64,000 bases of DNA from Podarcis liolepis (Eukaryota): NCBI GenBank assembly GCA_965112155.1, contig OZ218105.1. The stretch is one strand, 5' to 3'. The position numbers and the translations under genes were made by a program. Shown here in pieces: positions 63,058 through 64,000 of this stretch. How positions within the stretch are numbered: position 1 is the stretch's first letter; each line of letters opens with the position of its first letter. The notes under the pieces were generated by a model. It worked only from the letters and a program-made list of their open reading frames with translations, was not told where the DNA came from and ran no database searches.

Positions 63058-63381
63058 ACAATTTAGCACTGTCTCCACTCAAACATGCTATGCTGTGGTC
63101 CTAGATCGTCACCCTAAGTCAGCATGAAGATAGGCATCTAGATAATTCAGACTGAGGCTTCCACAATTTGCAGTTTTCTCCCTCAGCAACTGCTGAAAAA
63201 TCCATCCCATTAGGTTGCTCTGCAGCAGTAGCAGCTCAGTATTACTCCCTCCCTACCTTCCTGGTAACATGGCATGAATTGTCCAGAATGCCAGCTTGAT
63301 AACATCCATTATTTACAAATAAACTCTCAAACAACTGATAACACACCTAATTCCACAAAACGAAAATGCAATATAACTCAC

Positions 63382-64000
63382 CGTGCTGTCATTTTCATTT
63401 TCAGAATTTAAATTACCTCCACTGGCCATCAAAGAAATGTCAGAGTTGCCATTGCAAAGGATGTTCTCTGCTATTTGGACAGTGGGCTGCAGGAATGTCA
63501 GCTCATTCCTCCTGGATTCAGAGGACAGACAGACCTGGTAGGAATATGGCAAAGTTCCGTCCTCATAATTGGGTGGGAATATGGCACCAGCCTTTGAATG
63601 GGGGTCAGGAATAAAGCACTGGAGGAAAGTGGGGTTCCTTGACCTTCGAAGCTTCATCAGAATGGTCAGAATCACCGTCACCAGGAACAGAAAGGACACC
63701 AAGGTCAAGGCCAATACCAAATAAAACTGTAGATCAGACTGATACTCTGAGTCATTTGGTTGGGAGTTCATTTCCGGAAGAGCCTCCTGGAAGTTCTCAG
63801 CAAACACCAGGCTCAAAGTTGTGGTGGCTGAGAGAGGAGGATGCCCATTGTCCTTCACCAGAATGACCAGCCTCTGCTTCACTGCATCTCTCTCAAGTAA
63901 TGCTCGGACTGTTTGCACCTCTCCTGTGTGGGAGCCAATGCTGAAGAGTGAGGGCTCTGTGGCCTGCAGGAGATGGAAGGAGAGCCAGGCATTGTGTCCA
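63382..64000 (-). CDS. PCDHGB: Protocadherin gamma B-like variable exon, copy 5, 3' part only (cut by window edge)
   Basis: EC6-TM-cytoplasmic region nearly identical to copies 1-4; donor ACG|GTGAGT at 63382/63381. Confidence 0.9.

Larger units (their letters stand above)
21468..64000. repeat. Tandem segmental duplication array, ~12-kb unit = gammaB exon + gammaA exon + shared intergenic DNA
   Basis: gammaB starts at 23888, 35921, 47421, 60228 (spacings 12033, 11500, 12807); gammaA starts at 28261, 40300, 53712; intergenic DNA is also near-identical between units. Confidence 0.92.

Noticed and set aside
4094-63866. Recurrent antisense and alternative-frame ORFs over the Pcdh exons (e.g. [11 protein letters not shown]..., [10 protein letters not shown]...)
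   Set aside because: These are shadows of the conserved cadherin frame, repeated only because the exons are duplicated; there is no sequence evidence for antisense genes.
21468-64000. Tandem array as an assembly artefact (uncollapsed haplotypes)
   Set aside because: There are more than two copies, with unit-specific TE insertions, kb-scale indels and many substitutions. Read-depth confirmation is still needed.

Overview
Vertebrate genomic DNA, almost certainly squamate and probably a lacertid lizard (inferred from the repeat content: Squam3-type SINE, RTE-BovB, CR1, L2, Penelope-type ends and CAGTGGTACCTC-type Tc1/mariner MITEs). The window lies in the variable region of the clustered protocadherin-gamma (Pcdhg) locus, transcribed on the minus strand. 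It holds 10 complete and 1 partial ~2.4-kb variable exons, each encoding signal peptide, 6 EC repeats, TM and a variable cytoplasmic domain, and each ending at a phase-0 GT donor. Each complete exon has its own CSE/CTCF-type promoter, and an 11th promoter at ~153-194 belongs to an exon left of the window. The constant exons are not in the window. In transcription order (right to left) the subtypes are B,B,A,B,A,B,A,B,A,B,B. The region from ~21.5 to 64 kb is a recent ~12-kb tandem amplification of a gammaB+gammaA pair, with patchwork recombination, unit-specific TE insertions and one position lacking the gammaA exon. Main observations: (1) 9 of 11 promoter CSEs have lost the CpG of the canonical CGCT box (now CACT); (2) a perfect 179-bp intronic palindrome from a Penelope-like element carries a minimal hammerhead-ribozyme motif on both strands; (3) the amplified gammaA isoforms have a 7-aa deletion in the conserved cytoplasmic motif; (4) differences among near-identical paralogs concentrate in EC1-EC3. 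All alignments were made by eye, and no novel gene system beyond these is claimed.
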